DNA from: an uncultured Planctomycetales bacterium
Lineage (GTDB): Bacteria > Omnitrophota > Gorgyraeia > Zapsychrales > Fredricksoniimonadaceae
DNA: 64,000 bases
Reading direction: 5' to 3'
Assembly (NCBI GenBank): GCA_964572155.1
Contig: CAZNDZ010000001.1
Coordinates: forward strand, 271,300-335,299
A program made the position numbers and the translations under genes. This document shows, piece by piece, positions 17,809 to 27,668 of the stretch; within the stretch, counting starts at the first letter, position 1; the number at the start of each line of letters is the position of its first letter. The notes below the pieces were generated by a model, which was not told the origin of the DNA, searched no databases, and worked only from the letters and a program-made list of their open reading frames with translations.

Positions 17809-18626
17809 TGAGCAAAGACGTAATTAAAATATTATGCATCGGCGATATTGTTGGTCGTCCAGGCAGGGAAGTTTTAGCGAAAGCATTGCCACGTTTAGCC
17901 GCAGAACATCAATTTGATTTGGTGATTGCCAATGGCGAGAATTCCGCCGGTGGCAGTGGCATTATGCCCAAACAGGCCAAAGAAATTTATGCTGCCGGTG
18001 TTGATGTGATCACCTTAGGTGACCATGTTTGGGATAAGCCCGAGATCAATGTGTATTTAAATGAAACGCCCAACATCATTCGTCCGGCGAATTTTCCAGA
18101 GGCCTGCCTGCCGGACAGGCAGGGCGCCCCTGGGGTTGGTTATGTGATTGCTCAAACAAAAAGCGGCGTTAAAGTGGGCGTTATTAATCTTTTGGGCCGT
18201 ACTTTTATGCGATATAATGTGGAATGCCCATTTCGCATGTTAGATAAAATAGTGGCAACAATTCGTAAAGAAACACCGGTCATTGTTTTAGATATGCATG
18301 CAGAGACAACGTCTGAGAAAGTTGCCATTGGGCATTACAGCGACGGGCGTGTGAGTTGTGTTTTTGGTACGCACACACATGTGCAAACAGCAGATGACAA
18401 GATTTTACCCAAAGGCACGGCGTATATCACTGATCTTGGGATGAGCGGGCCGGTTGATTCCGTTATTGGACAAAATAAAGAAAAGATCATCACGCGTTTT
18501 CTAACCAGTCTTCCACAAAAGTTTGAAGTGGCAGATGATCAAGGTTTGCTTCAAGGTATCATTGTTAGCATCGATCCATTAACTGGACTCGCACAAGCAA
18601 TCGAGCGTGTGCAAGCAAAGGAGTAA
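17808..18626 (+). CDS. ymdB: YmdB-family metallophosphoesterase (2',3'-cyclic-nucleotide phosphodiesterase-like)
   Basis: ILCIGDIVGRPGR…GENSAGG… matches the TIGR00282-type signature. It shows the conserved rny-ymdB linkage. Confidence 0.85.
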   Translation: MSKDVIKILCIGDIVGRPGREVLAKALPRLAAEHQFDLVIANGENSAGGSGIMPKQAKEIYAAGVDVITLGDHVWDKPEINVYLNETPNIIRPANFPEACLPDRQGAPGVGYVIAQTKSGVKVGVINLLGRTFMRYNVECPFRMLDKIVATIRKETPVIVLDMHAETTSEKVAIGHYSDGRVSCVFGTHTHVQTADDKILPKGTAYITDLGMSGPVDSVIGQNKEKIITRFLTSLPQKFEVADDQGLLQGIIVSIDPLTGLAQAIERVQAKE

Positions 18627-18629
18627 CCG

Positions 18630-19022
18630 ATGGAAAATACGAACATCAATCGTCGTAGTTCCCCCCGCGTGGTTTACCCATGTTTGGTGAAATTTTTCTC
18701 CGAGGCGCAGGGTCAAGAGGTTTACTTAACGCATACAGAAAATATTAGCAGCGGCGGATGTTATTTGGTTGTGCCGCGCCAAGCTAAAAAAGGCAGCAAG
18801 GTCTCAATCGAGCTTGATTTACTAGATAATGAAGCGCACATGAATATCGATGGGGCTGTGGCATGGATTGAGCAACGCTCCATGTTAAAGTCGCATAAAA
18901 CATTTTATTATGATATCGGCGTTATTTTTGATGACATGAAAGAAAAAGATAAGAAACGTTTGGAAGATACGCTGGGACATTTAATTAAGAAAGGGTATAA
19001 GCCGACACGGCTTGTGCATTAA
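18630..19022 (+). CDS. PilZ-domain protein (putative c-di-GMP receptor)
   Basis: RRSSPR (RxxxR) and NISSGG (D/NxSxGG) motifs at PilZ spacing. Confidence 0.7.
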   Translation: MENTNINRRSSPRVVYPCLVKFFSEAQGQEVYLTHTENISSGGCYLVVPRQAKKGSKVSIELDLLDNEAHMNIDGAVAWIEQRSMLKSHKTFYYDIGVIFDDMKEKDKKRLEDTLGHLIKKGYKPTRLVH

Positions 19023-19026
19023 AGAC

Positions 19027-20313
19027 ATGTCAAAAGTTCGTTTTGCTCCATCCCCGACGGGATATTTACATATTGGTGGCGCACGTACGGCATTGTTTAA
19101 CTGGATGTATGCCAAGGCTTTGGGCGGCAAGTTCATCTTGCGCATCGAAGATACCGATAAAGTGCGCTCAAAACAAGAATATCTCGACGAAATTTTAGAC
19201 AGCATGAAGTGGTTAGGGCTGACGTGGGATGAATACTATAAGCAAAGCGATCGGTTTGATTTGTATGCTCAGTATGCTCAAAAATTATTAGATGAAGGCA
19301 AAGCATATAAAGAAACCCGCGAAGAAGGCGGCGGGGAAGCGATTGTCCTTAAGATGCCAGAAAAGATCGTTAAGATTTATGATTTAATCCGCGATGAAAT
19401 TATTGTCGATACCAAAGAGCTCAAAGATCAAGTATTGATTAAAAGCGATGGTTCGCCAACTTACAGTTTCGCTTGTGTGATCGATGATGCGTTAATGGAA
19501 GTCACCTGCGTTATCCGCGGCGAAGATCATATTTCAAATACACCAAAGCAAGTGATCATCTATGAAGCGCTAGGTTTTAAGGTGCCAAAGTTTGCTCATT
19601 TGCCCCTTATCTTAGATGATGAACGTGCTCGGCTTTCAAAACGCGCCGGCGCTGTTGCTGTTACAGATTACAGAGCCCAAGGGTTTTTACCTGAAGCTGT
19701 TGTCAATTATTTGATGCTGTTGGGTTGGTCGCCTGGTAACAATCAAGAAAAGGTTGTGTTGGCCAATGCGATTAAGAATTTCTCCATTAAGAAAATCAAT
19801 AAAGCTGGTGCCGCATTCTCGATGGATAAATTAAAGTGGCTCAACGGACAATATATTAAAGAAATGGAAACGCCAAAGTTAACTGCTGCGATCAAGCCGT
19901 TCATTGAACAACGATATGGTGCCGCTGCTACCAATCGTGCGGATTTGGAGGCGATTGTTGCTCTCTATAAAGGCCGCATGGATACTTTGGTTGATTTCTT
20001 GGATTGGACAGAATTTTTATTTAAAACAGATTATACCGTCGACCAACAAGTCAAAGACGAACTTGCCGCGAAGAATGTTAAAAAAGAATTTTTGATGTTG
20101 GCAGATGCTTTAGAAAAATTGTCAACGTATGACATTAAAACAACCGAAGAAGTCTTCCGTCAGGTTGTTGCGGCACTTGGGATTAAAGCCGGAGATTTGG
20201 TGCATCCAGTGCGCGGGGCATTAACGGGCAAAGCGGTTGGGCCGGGATTGTTTGAGACCATGGTGATCTTAGGTCAGGCTAATACTGTCCTGCGTTTGCG
20301 TGCTACGTTTTAA
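19027..20313 (+). CDS. gltX: Glutamyl-tRNA synthetase
   Basis: HIGG motif (YLHIGGARTA) and KMSKS-like RLSKRAG. The start is set at ATG 19027 (MSKVRFAPSPTGY). Confidence 0.85.
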   Translation: MSKVRFAPSPTGYLHIGGARTALFNWMYAKALGGKFILRIEDTDKVRSKQEYLDEILDSMKWLGLTWDEYYKQSDRFDLYAQYAQKLLDEGKAYKETREEGGGEAIVLKMPEKIVKIYDLIRDEIIVDTKELKDQVLIKSDGSPTYSFACVIDDALMEVTCVIRGEDHISNTPKQVIIYEALGFKVPKFAHLPLILDDERARLSKRAGAVAVTDYRAQGFLPEAVVNYLMLLGWSPGNNQEKVVLANAIKNFSIKKINKAGAAFSMDKLKWLNGQYIKEMETPKLTAAIKPFIEQRYGAAATNRADLEAIVALYKGRMDTLVDFLDWTEFLFKTDYTVDQQVKDELAAKNVKKEFLMLADALEKLSTYDIKTTEEVFRQVVAALGIKAGDLVHPVRGALTGKAVGPGLFETMVILGQANTVLRLRATF

Positions 20314-20517
20314 ATCCTCATCCGCAGCTAAATAATCTCGATAGCGTTTGTAATGCGCCAGCTCTGCGCGCAATTGTGCGATCTCTTTATTCTTTTGCTC
20401 GATGATTAAATCCGCTTCCTTGCGCCAAATGCGGTCGCGCTCAGGATCATTGACGATGATGCGCACCGCGCCAATGACCCCGAGCAAAATCGCATATATA
20501 AAACAAATCAACAGCAT
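20269..20517 (-). CDS. Small single-pass membrane protein with a coiled-coil tail (LapA/DUF1049-like?)
   Basis: 82 aa with an N-terminal TM helix and a charged helical C-terminus. It is convergent with gltX and overlaps its 3' end by 45 nt. There is no alternative coding in this gap. Confidence 0.4.
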   Translation of the reverse strand: MLLICFIYAILLGVIGAVRIIVNDPERDRIWRKEADLIIEQKNKEIAQLRAELAHYKRYRDYLAADEDLKRSTQTQDSISLT

Positions 20518-20529
20518 GCTATTAAATCC

Positions 20530-21438
20530 TTAGAATGTATATGCTGTTTTAACGGCACTAAAGAACTTATTGACTTGATTGCCGATGGCAGGATCTTTCA
20601 AGTCTTTCATTGGGAAGTTATACCCAAATGTTGGTGTGACCGTGATGTTTTGAGCCAAGTATAATTTTAAACCAAGGCTTGGTGTCACGTGCCAACCTTT
20701 CCCGGATAACCATTGGCCATCCACATAACCACCTGTTGTGGCAAATTCGAGGCTTGAGCCATATTTGTCTTTGAGCGGCAAGCTGTAGCTTAATGCCAAA
20801 GAGTAATAGTCACCGTGACCAACGCTGTTTAAGTCTTTACCATCTTCATAATCATGTGCGTAGGTAAAGACAGGATTTAAGTAGGTTAGAACACCCAAGG
20901 TGGCATAAATTTCTTTGGAAGATGTCAATGTTCCTGGGAAACTGTACCATGTGTGTCCGACGCCTGCGGTGATCAAGTTCATGAAGGTGTGATTTAAAGC
21001 GACAAAATAATCACTTTCATCAGAATTTAAGGTGTCGCCATTGACGACGTCCCAGCTCCCCCAGTAGCCAACGGTCAAATCATTAAACATCATCATAAAT
21101 CCTGGCTGAACAACCCCATCACGATCAAGAACTTGACCTCTCCAGATATAATTAGAGAAATAGTCTAAGGTTGCCGTGCCAGATACCTTGATATCCATTT
21201 TCTTGAAAACATCTGTAAGAAGGTAGGCAGGTTCTTCAGCTCCTTCTTGAGTAGCCATAGGCGCATGAGTAGCCATAGCCCCACTGGACTCAGATTGATA
21301 CTGCAATTGTGCGGCATTGATTTCGTTTTGAAGTTCAATGTCTTTGAGTGTTGCATCAGCAAAAACAGCTGTGGTGGCTAAAAAGAAGCCAACAGTTGTG
21401 ATAGCCAAGGCCTTGTTAAAACGGTTTACGTGGTGCAT
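20530..21438 (-). CDS. Outer-membrane beta-barrel protein
   Basis: Signal peptide, alternating amphipathic strands, a YIWRGQ motif and a C-terminal aromatic residue (…KTAYTF), typical of OMPs. Confidence 0.7.
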   Translation of the reverse strand: MHHVNRFNKALAITTVGFFLATTAVFADATLKDIELQNEINAAQLQYQSESSGAMATHAPMATQEGAEEPAYLLTDVFKKMDIKVSGTATLDYFSNYIWRGQVLDRDGVVQPGFMMMFNDLTVGYWGSWDVVNGDTLNSDESDYFVALNHTFMNLITAGVGHTWYSFPGTLTSSKEIYATLGVLTYLNPVFTYAHDYEDGKDLNSVGHGDYYSLALSYSLPLKDKYGSSLEFATTGGYVDGQWLSGKGWHVTPSLGLKLYLAQNITVTPTFGYNFPMKDLKDPAIGNQVNKFFSAVKTAYTF

Positions 21439-21540
21439 GACGATTCCTTTCTAAAAATGTTAAAAAATAAAAAACCCCGCCGTTTTCTTATCGAAACAAC
21501 AGGGTTTCAGTCCAGTGGCAAACGATGCCTAAAAGCAGCT

Positions 21541-21566
21541 CAATACAAACATCAACGTTTGTATTG
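21541..21566 (-). terminator. Perfect 10-bp hairpin CAATACAAAC/GTTTGTATTG. It is a possible terminator for the minus-strand ldhA-like gene.
   Basis: On the minus strand it is followed by AGCUGCUUUU, which is only a weak U-tract. Confidence 0.3.
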
Positions 21567-21608
21567 AAACCGAGTATAGTATTTCATGATCAAAATGTCA
21601 AATAAAAC

Positions 21609-22619
21609 TTACGGAGCACTGACGATGTTGGCGCTATCAAGACCGCCTTGACGAAAATTGTGAATATTTAATAGCGTCGTGTTGGCAATATTAATAAGCG
21701 CATTTTGTGTAAAAAAAGCCTGATGTCCAGTGATCAATACATTTGGAAATGTGAGCAATCGGGCAAAAATGTCGTCGTATAATAGTTGACCGGACAAGTC
21801 TTCAAAAAACATCCCATCTTCTTCTTCATAAACATCCAGACCTAAATAACCAATCTTTTTAGATTTTAATCCTTCGATCAAACATGCGGATTGAATCAAG
21901 CCGCCGCGGCTGGTGTTGATGATCATCACATCATTCTTCATTAATTTAAGACTTGCTTCATTGATGGTGTGCTTTGTTTCAGGCAATAAGGGTAAATGCA
22001 ATGAGATGATGTCACTTTTGGCGAACAATTCTTCCTTGGAAACATAGGTGCAGCCTAATGCTTGTACGGCAGGATTGATGCGCGCATCAAATGCTAAAAC
22101 ATTACAGCCAAATCCTTTCATGATGCCTGCAAAGATTTGCCCAATCTTACCGGTGCCCATGATGCCCACGGTTTTGCCGTTTAATTCAAATCCTAATAAG
22201 CCATCGAGGGCAAAGTTTCCATCGTGAACGCGGGTATTGGCACGGCAGATACGTCGATTTAACGCTAAAATCAAAGCGACAGCATGTTCAGCAACGCCAT
22301 GAGGTGAATATGCAGGGACGCGCGCAACCGTGATATTGTGTTTTGCAGCTGTGGGTAAGTCAATATTATTGTAACCCGCACAACGCAACGCAATGAGTTT
22401 AACGCCTAAGGTTGAAAGTGATTCTAAAGTTTTTTGATCAAGATGATCGTTGACAAAAACGCACACCGCTTCAAAACCCATGGCTAATGTCGCAGTAGCG
22501 GTATTAAGCGGAGGGTCAAAGAACATGAGGGAATGGCCGTATGTTTTATTGGCCTCTTGAAAAAAGACCTTATCGTAGGGTTTGCTGCTAAAAATGGCGA
22601 CATTCATGTGTGGTTCCAA
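21609..22619 (-). CDS. D-isomer-specific 2-hydroxyacid dehydrogenase (D-lactate dehydrogenase-like)
   Basis: 336 aa with the NAD-binding GxGxxG region (GIMGTGKIGQ) and catalytic-domain motifs of the D-2-HDH family. Confidence 0.85.
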   Translation of the reverse strand: MEPHMNVAIFSSKPYDKVFFQEANKTYGHSLMFFDPPLNTATATLAMGFEAVCVFVNDHLDQKTLESLSTLGVKLIALRCAGYNNIDLPTAAKHNITVARVPAYSPHGVAEHAVALILALNRRICRANTRVHDGNFALDGLLGFELNGKTVGIMGTGKIGQIFAGIMKGFGCNVLAFDARINPAVQALGCTYVSKEELFAKSDIISLHLPLLPETKHTINEASLKLMKNDVMIINTSRGGLIQSACLIEGLKSKKIGYLGLDVYEEEDGMFFEDLSGQLLYDDIFARLLTFPNVLITGHQAFFTQNALINIANTTLLNIHNFRQGGLDSANIVSAP

Positions 22620-22627
22620 TCGGATGA

Positions 22628-23977
22628 TTAAATTAAGAGAATCTTATCTTTGCCTTGCGCTTTGGCGCGATATAGGGCTTTATCAGCTTTGACCAAGAGG
22701 TCGTGGCGTGACATGGGGTGAATCCATTCAGCACCACCAATGCTAAGCGTAACCTTACGTTTTAGCACCAGCGCGTCTGCGGCTTCTTTGATTTTGTTAG
22801 CAACGATCAATGCCCCAGGCATTGCAGTTTGTGGCAAGATGATGGCGAATTCATCTCCGCCGTAACGGCAGAACACGTCGGAGTTACGCAACTTTTTAGC
22901 GATGGCTTGCGACAATGTTGTTAACAAAGCATCACCCTCTGGATGCCCATACTCATCATTATATGTTTTAAAACCATCCACGTCGAATAGTATTAAACTC
23001 AAGTTTCCCGGGTAGCGTTTTAAACGCATGGTTTCATAATCTAACACCGCCGACATATGGCGATAATTAAAGATGTTTGTCAGCGGGTCAATATTAGCTA
23101 GGTTTTTTAATTCATCGTTATTGAGTGCTACGCCAGATTGTAAGGCCATGTTATAGAGCAAAGATAAGTCGTCTTCGCTAAATGTGCCTGATGACTTTTT
23201 TCCGCAAATGGCCAAAACACCAAGGGCTGTTTCATTGACCAAGAGCGGGGCGCAGATCATTGGAAAAAGAAAATTCTTTAAGTTGTCTCGCTGTGCGTCG
23301 GTTATTTCTTGTGGGGAGGATATTAAAATAGACTTTTTATGTTTAATTACGGAAGTAAAAATCGAATTTTCCGATGAGAACTTAAGGGCAGATAAGCCTA
23401 ACACATCGTCGCCTACAATGGTTTTGATTTGAAGTTGGTGGGTTTCCTTGTCTAATATTAAAAGCATGCCAACCTTGCCATCTAAAGCTTCGCTGGCAGT
23501 TTCAACGATCAGGTGCATGAAACCATTGATATTTTGATTAGACGATAAACCAACGCTGATTTTTGTTAGGACGGAATGCAGTGTTTTTTTTGCAAATTCA
23601 AGATTACGGCGGTCTTCTTCTAAGCGTGTTGTTACGGCTTGGAAGGTTTGATTTAATTGCACCGTTTCATTAGACTCAAGTTTACGTGCAGATTCATTGA
23701 TGTGCATGAGGGAGGAGGCAAGCGCCCGCTGGCCTTCTTGGGCTGTTTTTATAAAACCTAAAATGGTTTTACGCATGGCCCAGTAACCACAGACTATGCC
23801 AAGGATGACCATCAATAATATATTTGTGATGTCGTCTGTTGATAGACGGATTTCATTATATTCGTGTAGTTGATAATACAAATAGAATAAAACGACCAAC
23901 GGGATAATGGATACTAGTAAAAAGAAAATGATGAATTTTCGAAGGATTGAGGTATCATTGAGCGATTGCATGCGCAT
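22628..23977 (-). CDS. Membrane-anchored GAF-like sensor diguanylate cyclase (GGDEF)
   Basis: Two N-terminal TM helices, a central sensor region and a C-terminal GGDEF domain containing RYGGDEF. Confidence 0.85.
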   Translation of the reverse strand: MRMQSLNDTSILRKFIIFFLLVSIIPLVVLFYLYYQLHEYNEIRLSTDDITNILLMVILGIVCGYWAMRKTILGFIKTAQEGQRALASSLMHINESARKLESNETVQLNQTFQAVTTRLEEDRRNLEFAKKTLHSVLTKISVGLSSNQNINGFMHLIVETASEALDGKVGMLLILDKETHQLQIKTIVGDDVLGLSALKFSSENSIFTSVIKHKKSILISSPQEITDAQRDNLKNFLFPMICAPLLVNETALGVLAICGKKSSGTFSEDDLSLLYNMALQSGVALNNDELKNLANIDPLTNIFNYRHMSAVLDYETMRLKRYPGNLSLILFDVDGFKTYNDEYGHPEGDALLTTLSQAIAKKLRNSDVFCRYGGDEFAIILPQTAMPGALIVANKIKEAADALVLKRKVTLSIGGAEWIHPMSRHDLLVKADKALYRAKAQGKDKILLI

Positions 23978-24073
23978 GGGTTTATTTTAATTATAAAATT
24001 TGTAAAACAAAAATATATTTTTGATATATTGTGGCTTAAGTGACGCGTCATTATTCAACATAAAGGAGGCAGT

Positions 24074-24331
24074 ATGTTAAAAGCAGGACAAGTGTTGGTT
24101 TTAGGGGTTGTGTTATTAGTATCAGTGGGTTGCGCAGAAAATAAAACCCGCGTGGCTGAAGGTGCTGGTGTTGGGGGCGTTTTAGGTGCGACGTTAGGCG
24201 GCATCATTGGATATCAAAGCGGAAATGCTGTTGAAGGGGCTTTAATTGGTGGTGCCGTAGGTGCGGGTAGTGGGGCTGTGGTTGGTGCTCAAATCGAAAA
24301 GCCACAAGCTGAGGAAGCTAAAGCGCAGTAA
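24074..24331 (+). CDS. Glycine-zipper (YMGG-like) lipoprotein
   Basis: Lipobox-like …VSVGC, followed by GxxxG-rich repeats (GAGVGGVLGATLGGIIG…). It is preceded by AAGGAGG. Confidence 0.6.
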   Translation: MLKAGQVLVLGVVLLVSVGCAENKTRVAEGAGVGGVLGATLGGIIGYQSGNAVEGALIGGAVGAGSGAVVGAQIEKPQAEEAKAQ

Positions 24332-26331
24332 TGCTTCTTTTCGTATTGGCAGCACTTGGCATATGGATAGCAGCATTTTTTCCATTTTTAAGCGGCCAAA
24401 AGCCAATCATCGACGATGCTTTTCCATATTATGAGCATGTGAAGTATTATCTGGAAAGCATGTCTGCTGGCATCTACCCCCTGTGGGATCCCGTTAGAGA
24501 TTTTGGGGTAGATAATGAGTTTTATTTGCGTCGGATTGGCGAGTTTAATCCAGCGTATCTATTGATTCTTGTATTACAAAAATGCGGTGTCGGCTTTTTA
24601 GTCGCACACCGCATTTTTGTTGCCGCGTATTTTATTTTGGGCGTGGCAGGATTTTATGCCTTAGCTAAACAACTTTTTAAGAATCGTCTAACGCATTTAT
24701 GTGTGGTGTTTTGCGTTATATTTTCTTCGCTTGGAACCCTCGCTTTTGAGTCGTATTTATTATTGGTTGTTGTTCCTCTGATATGGTTTCTATTTTTTGT
24801 GGCGGCATTTGTTCAGAAACCTAGTCGATCGACGATGTTGGGTGGTAGCTTTTGCTTAATGATCATTTGCATCACCTATATTCCCTATTATTTTCTAACG
24901 GTAATCTTTTCAGGCGTTATCGTTGCCGCCATTGTTTTTAATAAAAGCGTATTATCTGCGATTTCAAAAAGCATGGCATTTTTAAAAGCACAGAAGATGT
25001 TCGCAGGGTTGTGCATTGTTTTGGTATGCGTGGGGTTGATCCCAGGCCTTATGTGGTACCAACAATCATCTAAAAGTGAAATGTCGGTTGTTTATCGTCA
25101 TTCCGGTGCGTCGCATTCCAATGCAGCGGCATTACATATCAATGTTGTCAATGAAGGCGGCATCATTGCCCCGAAACTCGTTGACACCCTGTTCTTTGAT
25201 TTGAATAAGATTAAGCTTGGCGAATTTTATATGCCCTTATTTGCGTTCTTGTTGATCCTAAGCGCATGTTTTGTGCCTTTAACCAGACGGATGGCGTTCT
25301 TTTTCGTTTGGGGCATGTTGATTTATGTTATTGGTCTCGCAGACGCAAGTCCTGTGCATCGTTTTTTGTATGAACATGTTTTCTTTTTTAAATATTTCCG
25401 TAATTTACAATTCTTCTTATGGTTGGGAGTTTTGCCTATCTTGATTCTTGCCATTGGTGAAATGTTCGATGCGTTGATGAACACGCCTTTTACTTCACGA
25501 CGATCTAAAGCAGGCTATATCGTTTATGTAATTGCGACACATATTCTGATCGCAGTGTTGTTCAAAACACAAACAATCAATGATGTGATTAGCATGACGT
25601 ATGGCACAATATTTTTAAGCATGATTTTCTTTATTTCCTTGGCATTTAAAAACAATGTTCAAGTACAGCGCGTTCTGCCAATCTTATTGCTTGCCGCCAT
25701 ATCCATACAATCGTACCAAGTTTTTGGGCATATGAAAAATAACACGCCGTCAGTATATGCCCAGAGTTTATATGATGCCCCGTACATGCGCTTTACATTG
25801 CCCAAGACCGATAACTTAGACGACCTTTTGTCTGATCAAAGCCCAGAGCGATATTTAAATCAACCATTCTATTCAACAAAAGCTTTTCAAGATTTGCATC
25901 AAAATGTTAATCGTTCGACGTTAAGTTTGTATATCAAGCCGCGATTATTGCTGTATGACAGTATGCCGGATGTAGATTTTACGAATTTTGACGGGTCTAA
26001 CCTCACCATCGTTACACAAGATTCACCGCACGTGCAAGTAAAAGTGTTTGAACCAAATCGGGTGGTTTTTGCCACGCAATTAGATCATCCAAAATATTTG
26101 GTTTACAATAGTGTTTATCATTCACGCTGGCGTGCTTTTTGTGACGGGAAACAACTAGATATATTCCAAGCAAATCATGCATTCACAGGAATCTTAGTTC
26201 CTGCAGGCCGTCACACCATCGAATTGTTATATCAAGCACCGTGGCGGACATGGTTGGCTTTTGCTTTGGAATTAATTTTTGCTTTAACCTTTCTTGGGGT
26301 TGTGGTGTTGTTATGCAAACAAAAGATATAA
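24331..26331 (+). CDS. Large polytopic membrane protein, a putative GT-C/YfhO-like glycosyltransferase
   Basis: 666 aa with at least 12 predicted TM helices, a C-terminal soluble domain and a final TM helix. The family is uncertain. Confidence 0.55.
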   Translation: MLLFVLAALGIWIAAFFPFLSGQKPIIDDAFPYYEHVKYYLESMSAGIYPLWDPVRDFGVDNEFYLRRIGEFNPAYLLILVLQKCGVGFLVAHRIFVAAYFILGVAGFYALAKQLFKNRLTHLCVVFCVIFSSLGTLAFESYLLLVVVPLIWFLFFVAAFVQKPSRSTMLGGSFCLMIICITYIPYYFLTVIFSGVIVAAIVFNKSVLSAISKSMAFLKAQKMFAGLCIVLVCVGLIPGLMWYQQSSKSEMSVVYRHSGASHSNAAALHINVVNEGGIIAPKLVDTLFFDLNKIKLGEFYMPLFAFLLILSACFVPLTRRMAFFFVWGMLIYVIGLADASPVHRFLYEHVFFFKYFRNLQFFLWLGVLPILILAIGEMFDALMNTPFTSRRSKAGYIVYVIATHILIAVLFKTQTINDVISMTYGTIFLSMIFFISLAFKNNVQVQRVLPILLLAAISIQSYQVFGHMKNNTPSVYAQSLYDAPYMRFTLPKTDNLDDLLSDQSPERYLNQPFYSTKAFQDLHQNVNRSTLSLYIKPRLLLYDSMPDVDFTNFDGSNLTIVTQDSPHVQVKVFEPNRVVFATQLDHPKYLVYNSVYHSRWRAFCDGKQLDIFQANHAFTGILVPAGRHTIELLYQAPWRTWLAFALELIFALTFLGVVVLLCKQKI

Positions 26332-26957
26332 AACAACGCGCAATATTTCTTTTCACGCGAGCATGGGTGCTTTGCGTTGTGGCGCTGTTGATATTTTATT
26401 TTGGAACGGATTTGTATTTGATGAAGGTTAAGGCCATTAACCATGTTGTACCGCAGTCTATGGTTACGCAAGCTAACTTCATGACCAAGCCACGTTTTAA
26501 TGACACAACGTCATTAGAGCAGGCGACTAAGTATTACAAAACCATTGTTAAGATGGTGCCAAACTCTTGGTCTGATTGGGCATTCTTGGGTTATGCGTTC
26601 TTCTTCCAAGGTGATTTAGAGCGAGCCAAGTTTTGTTTTCATAGGGCTGCTTTTAACGAGAAAGATTTCTTCTGGTTCTCATATAATTTAGGGGTTGTGT
26701 ATTTACATCAAGGTCAATATGAGTTAGCAGAGAAAACATTTACGCGGGCATTAAGCGTATCGTTTCCTAAAACGTTGTCGCTGATGCATGCGTATAAGTC
26801 TTACAACATGCTGCTACCAGAAGTTTTGAATAAGGGCTATGATGTGGAACAGGGGCTATTGAGTGCAGTCCAAAATGCGCGGGCGTTGCTTGTAACAAGT
26901 CATTTCAAAACCCCCATCGACAAGAACGACCCAAAATATTTCCCGCGTATGTTCTAG
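26313..26957 (+). CDS. TPR-repeat membrane-anchored protein
   Basis: N-terminal TM helix followed by TPR-like repeats (…AFLGYAFFFQGDLERAKFCFHRAA…YNLGVVYLHQGQYELAEKTF…). The start is at the internal ATG 26313. The track ORF starting at 26241 overlaps the upstream gene. Confidence 0.55.
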   Translation: MQTKDIKQRAIFLFTRAWVLCVVALLIFYFGTDLYLMKVKAINHVVPQSMVTQANFMTKPRFNDTTSLEQATKYYKTIVKMVPNSWSDWAFLGYAFFFQGDLERAKFCFHRAAFNEKDFFWFSYNLGVVYLHQGQYELAEKTFTRALSVSFPKTLSLMHAYKSYNMLLPEVLNKGYDVEQGLLSAVQNARALLVTSHFKTPIDKNDPKYFPRMF

Positions 26958-26977
26958 TCTGCCCGCCGGTAGGTAAG

Positions 26978-27625
26978 TTATTTTTTGCGGTGTTTCATGA
27001 ATTCTAAAACCGCAGGGATAAGCGATATGGCCACGATCGCTAAAACCACTAACGAGAAATGTTCCGACACAAAAGGCAAGTTTCCAAAAAAGAATCCCGC
27101 AAAAACTCCAGCCAATACCCAGAAAATGCCACCAGCGACATTAAATAAAGTAAATGTCGTATAAGGCATCTTTCCGACGCCAGCCATGAATGGGGCAAAG
27201 GTACGAACGATGGGAATAAAGCGGGCAATGATAATGGTCTTTGTTCCATACTTTTCAAAGTATTCGCGTGTGCGATCCAAATATTCCTTCTTGATAAAGG
27301 GCAATTTCTTATTTTCTAGAACACTGGATGCTAAGCGGCGCCCAATTTGATAATTTAGTGCATCTCCAGCGATAGCAGCGACGATCAAAATAGGGATTAA
27401 GAATTTTAGTTCTAAAGAGCCTTGGGCAGCTAAAGCGCCTAGAACAAATAATAATGAATCTCCAGGTAAGAAGGGTGTGATAACCAAGCCGGTTTCACAA
27501 AAAACGACAGCAAAGACAATGGCATAAATCCACTGGCCGTATTGAGCAACCATCTGGGCCATGTGACTGTCAAGGTGTAAGAAAAGATCAACAAACGATT
27601 TAATGATTTCCATATTACTCCTCAA
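26978..27625 (-). CDS. DedA-family membrane protein
   Basis: 215 aa with the DedA/TVP38 core (…GLVITPFLPGDSLLFVLGALAA…). Confidence 0.8.
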   Translation of the reverse strand: MRSNMEIIKSFVDLFLHLDSHMAQMVAQYGQWIYAIVFAVVFCETGLVITPFLPGDSLLFVLGALAAQGSLELKFLIPILIVAAIAGDALNYQIGRRLASSVLENKKLPFIKKEYLDRTREYFEKYGTKTIIIARFIPIVRTFAPFMAGVGKMPYTTFTLFNVAGGIFWVLAGVFAGFFFGNLPFVSEHFSLVVLAIVAISLIPAVLEFMKHRKK

Positions 27626-27668
27626 TTTTTTAAAGTATAATTAGGAATATAACCAAAGGAGATGCTTT

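Noticed and set aside
20269-20313. Treating the 45-nt convergent overlap of the small minus-strand ORF with the gltX 3' end as evidence that the small ORF is spurious.
   Set aside because: This was not fully rejected and the ORF is kept at low confidence. The ORF has a clean TM-plus-coiled-coil design. It fills an otherwise empty 200-nt gap bounded by the OMP gene. The overlap is small enough to be genuine.
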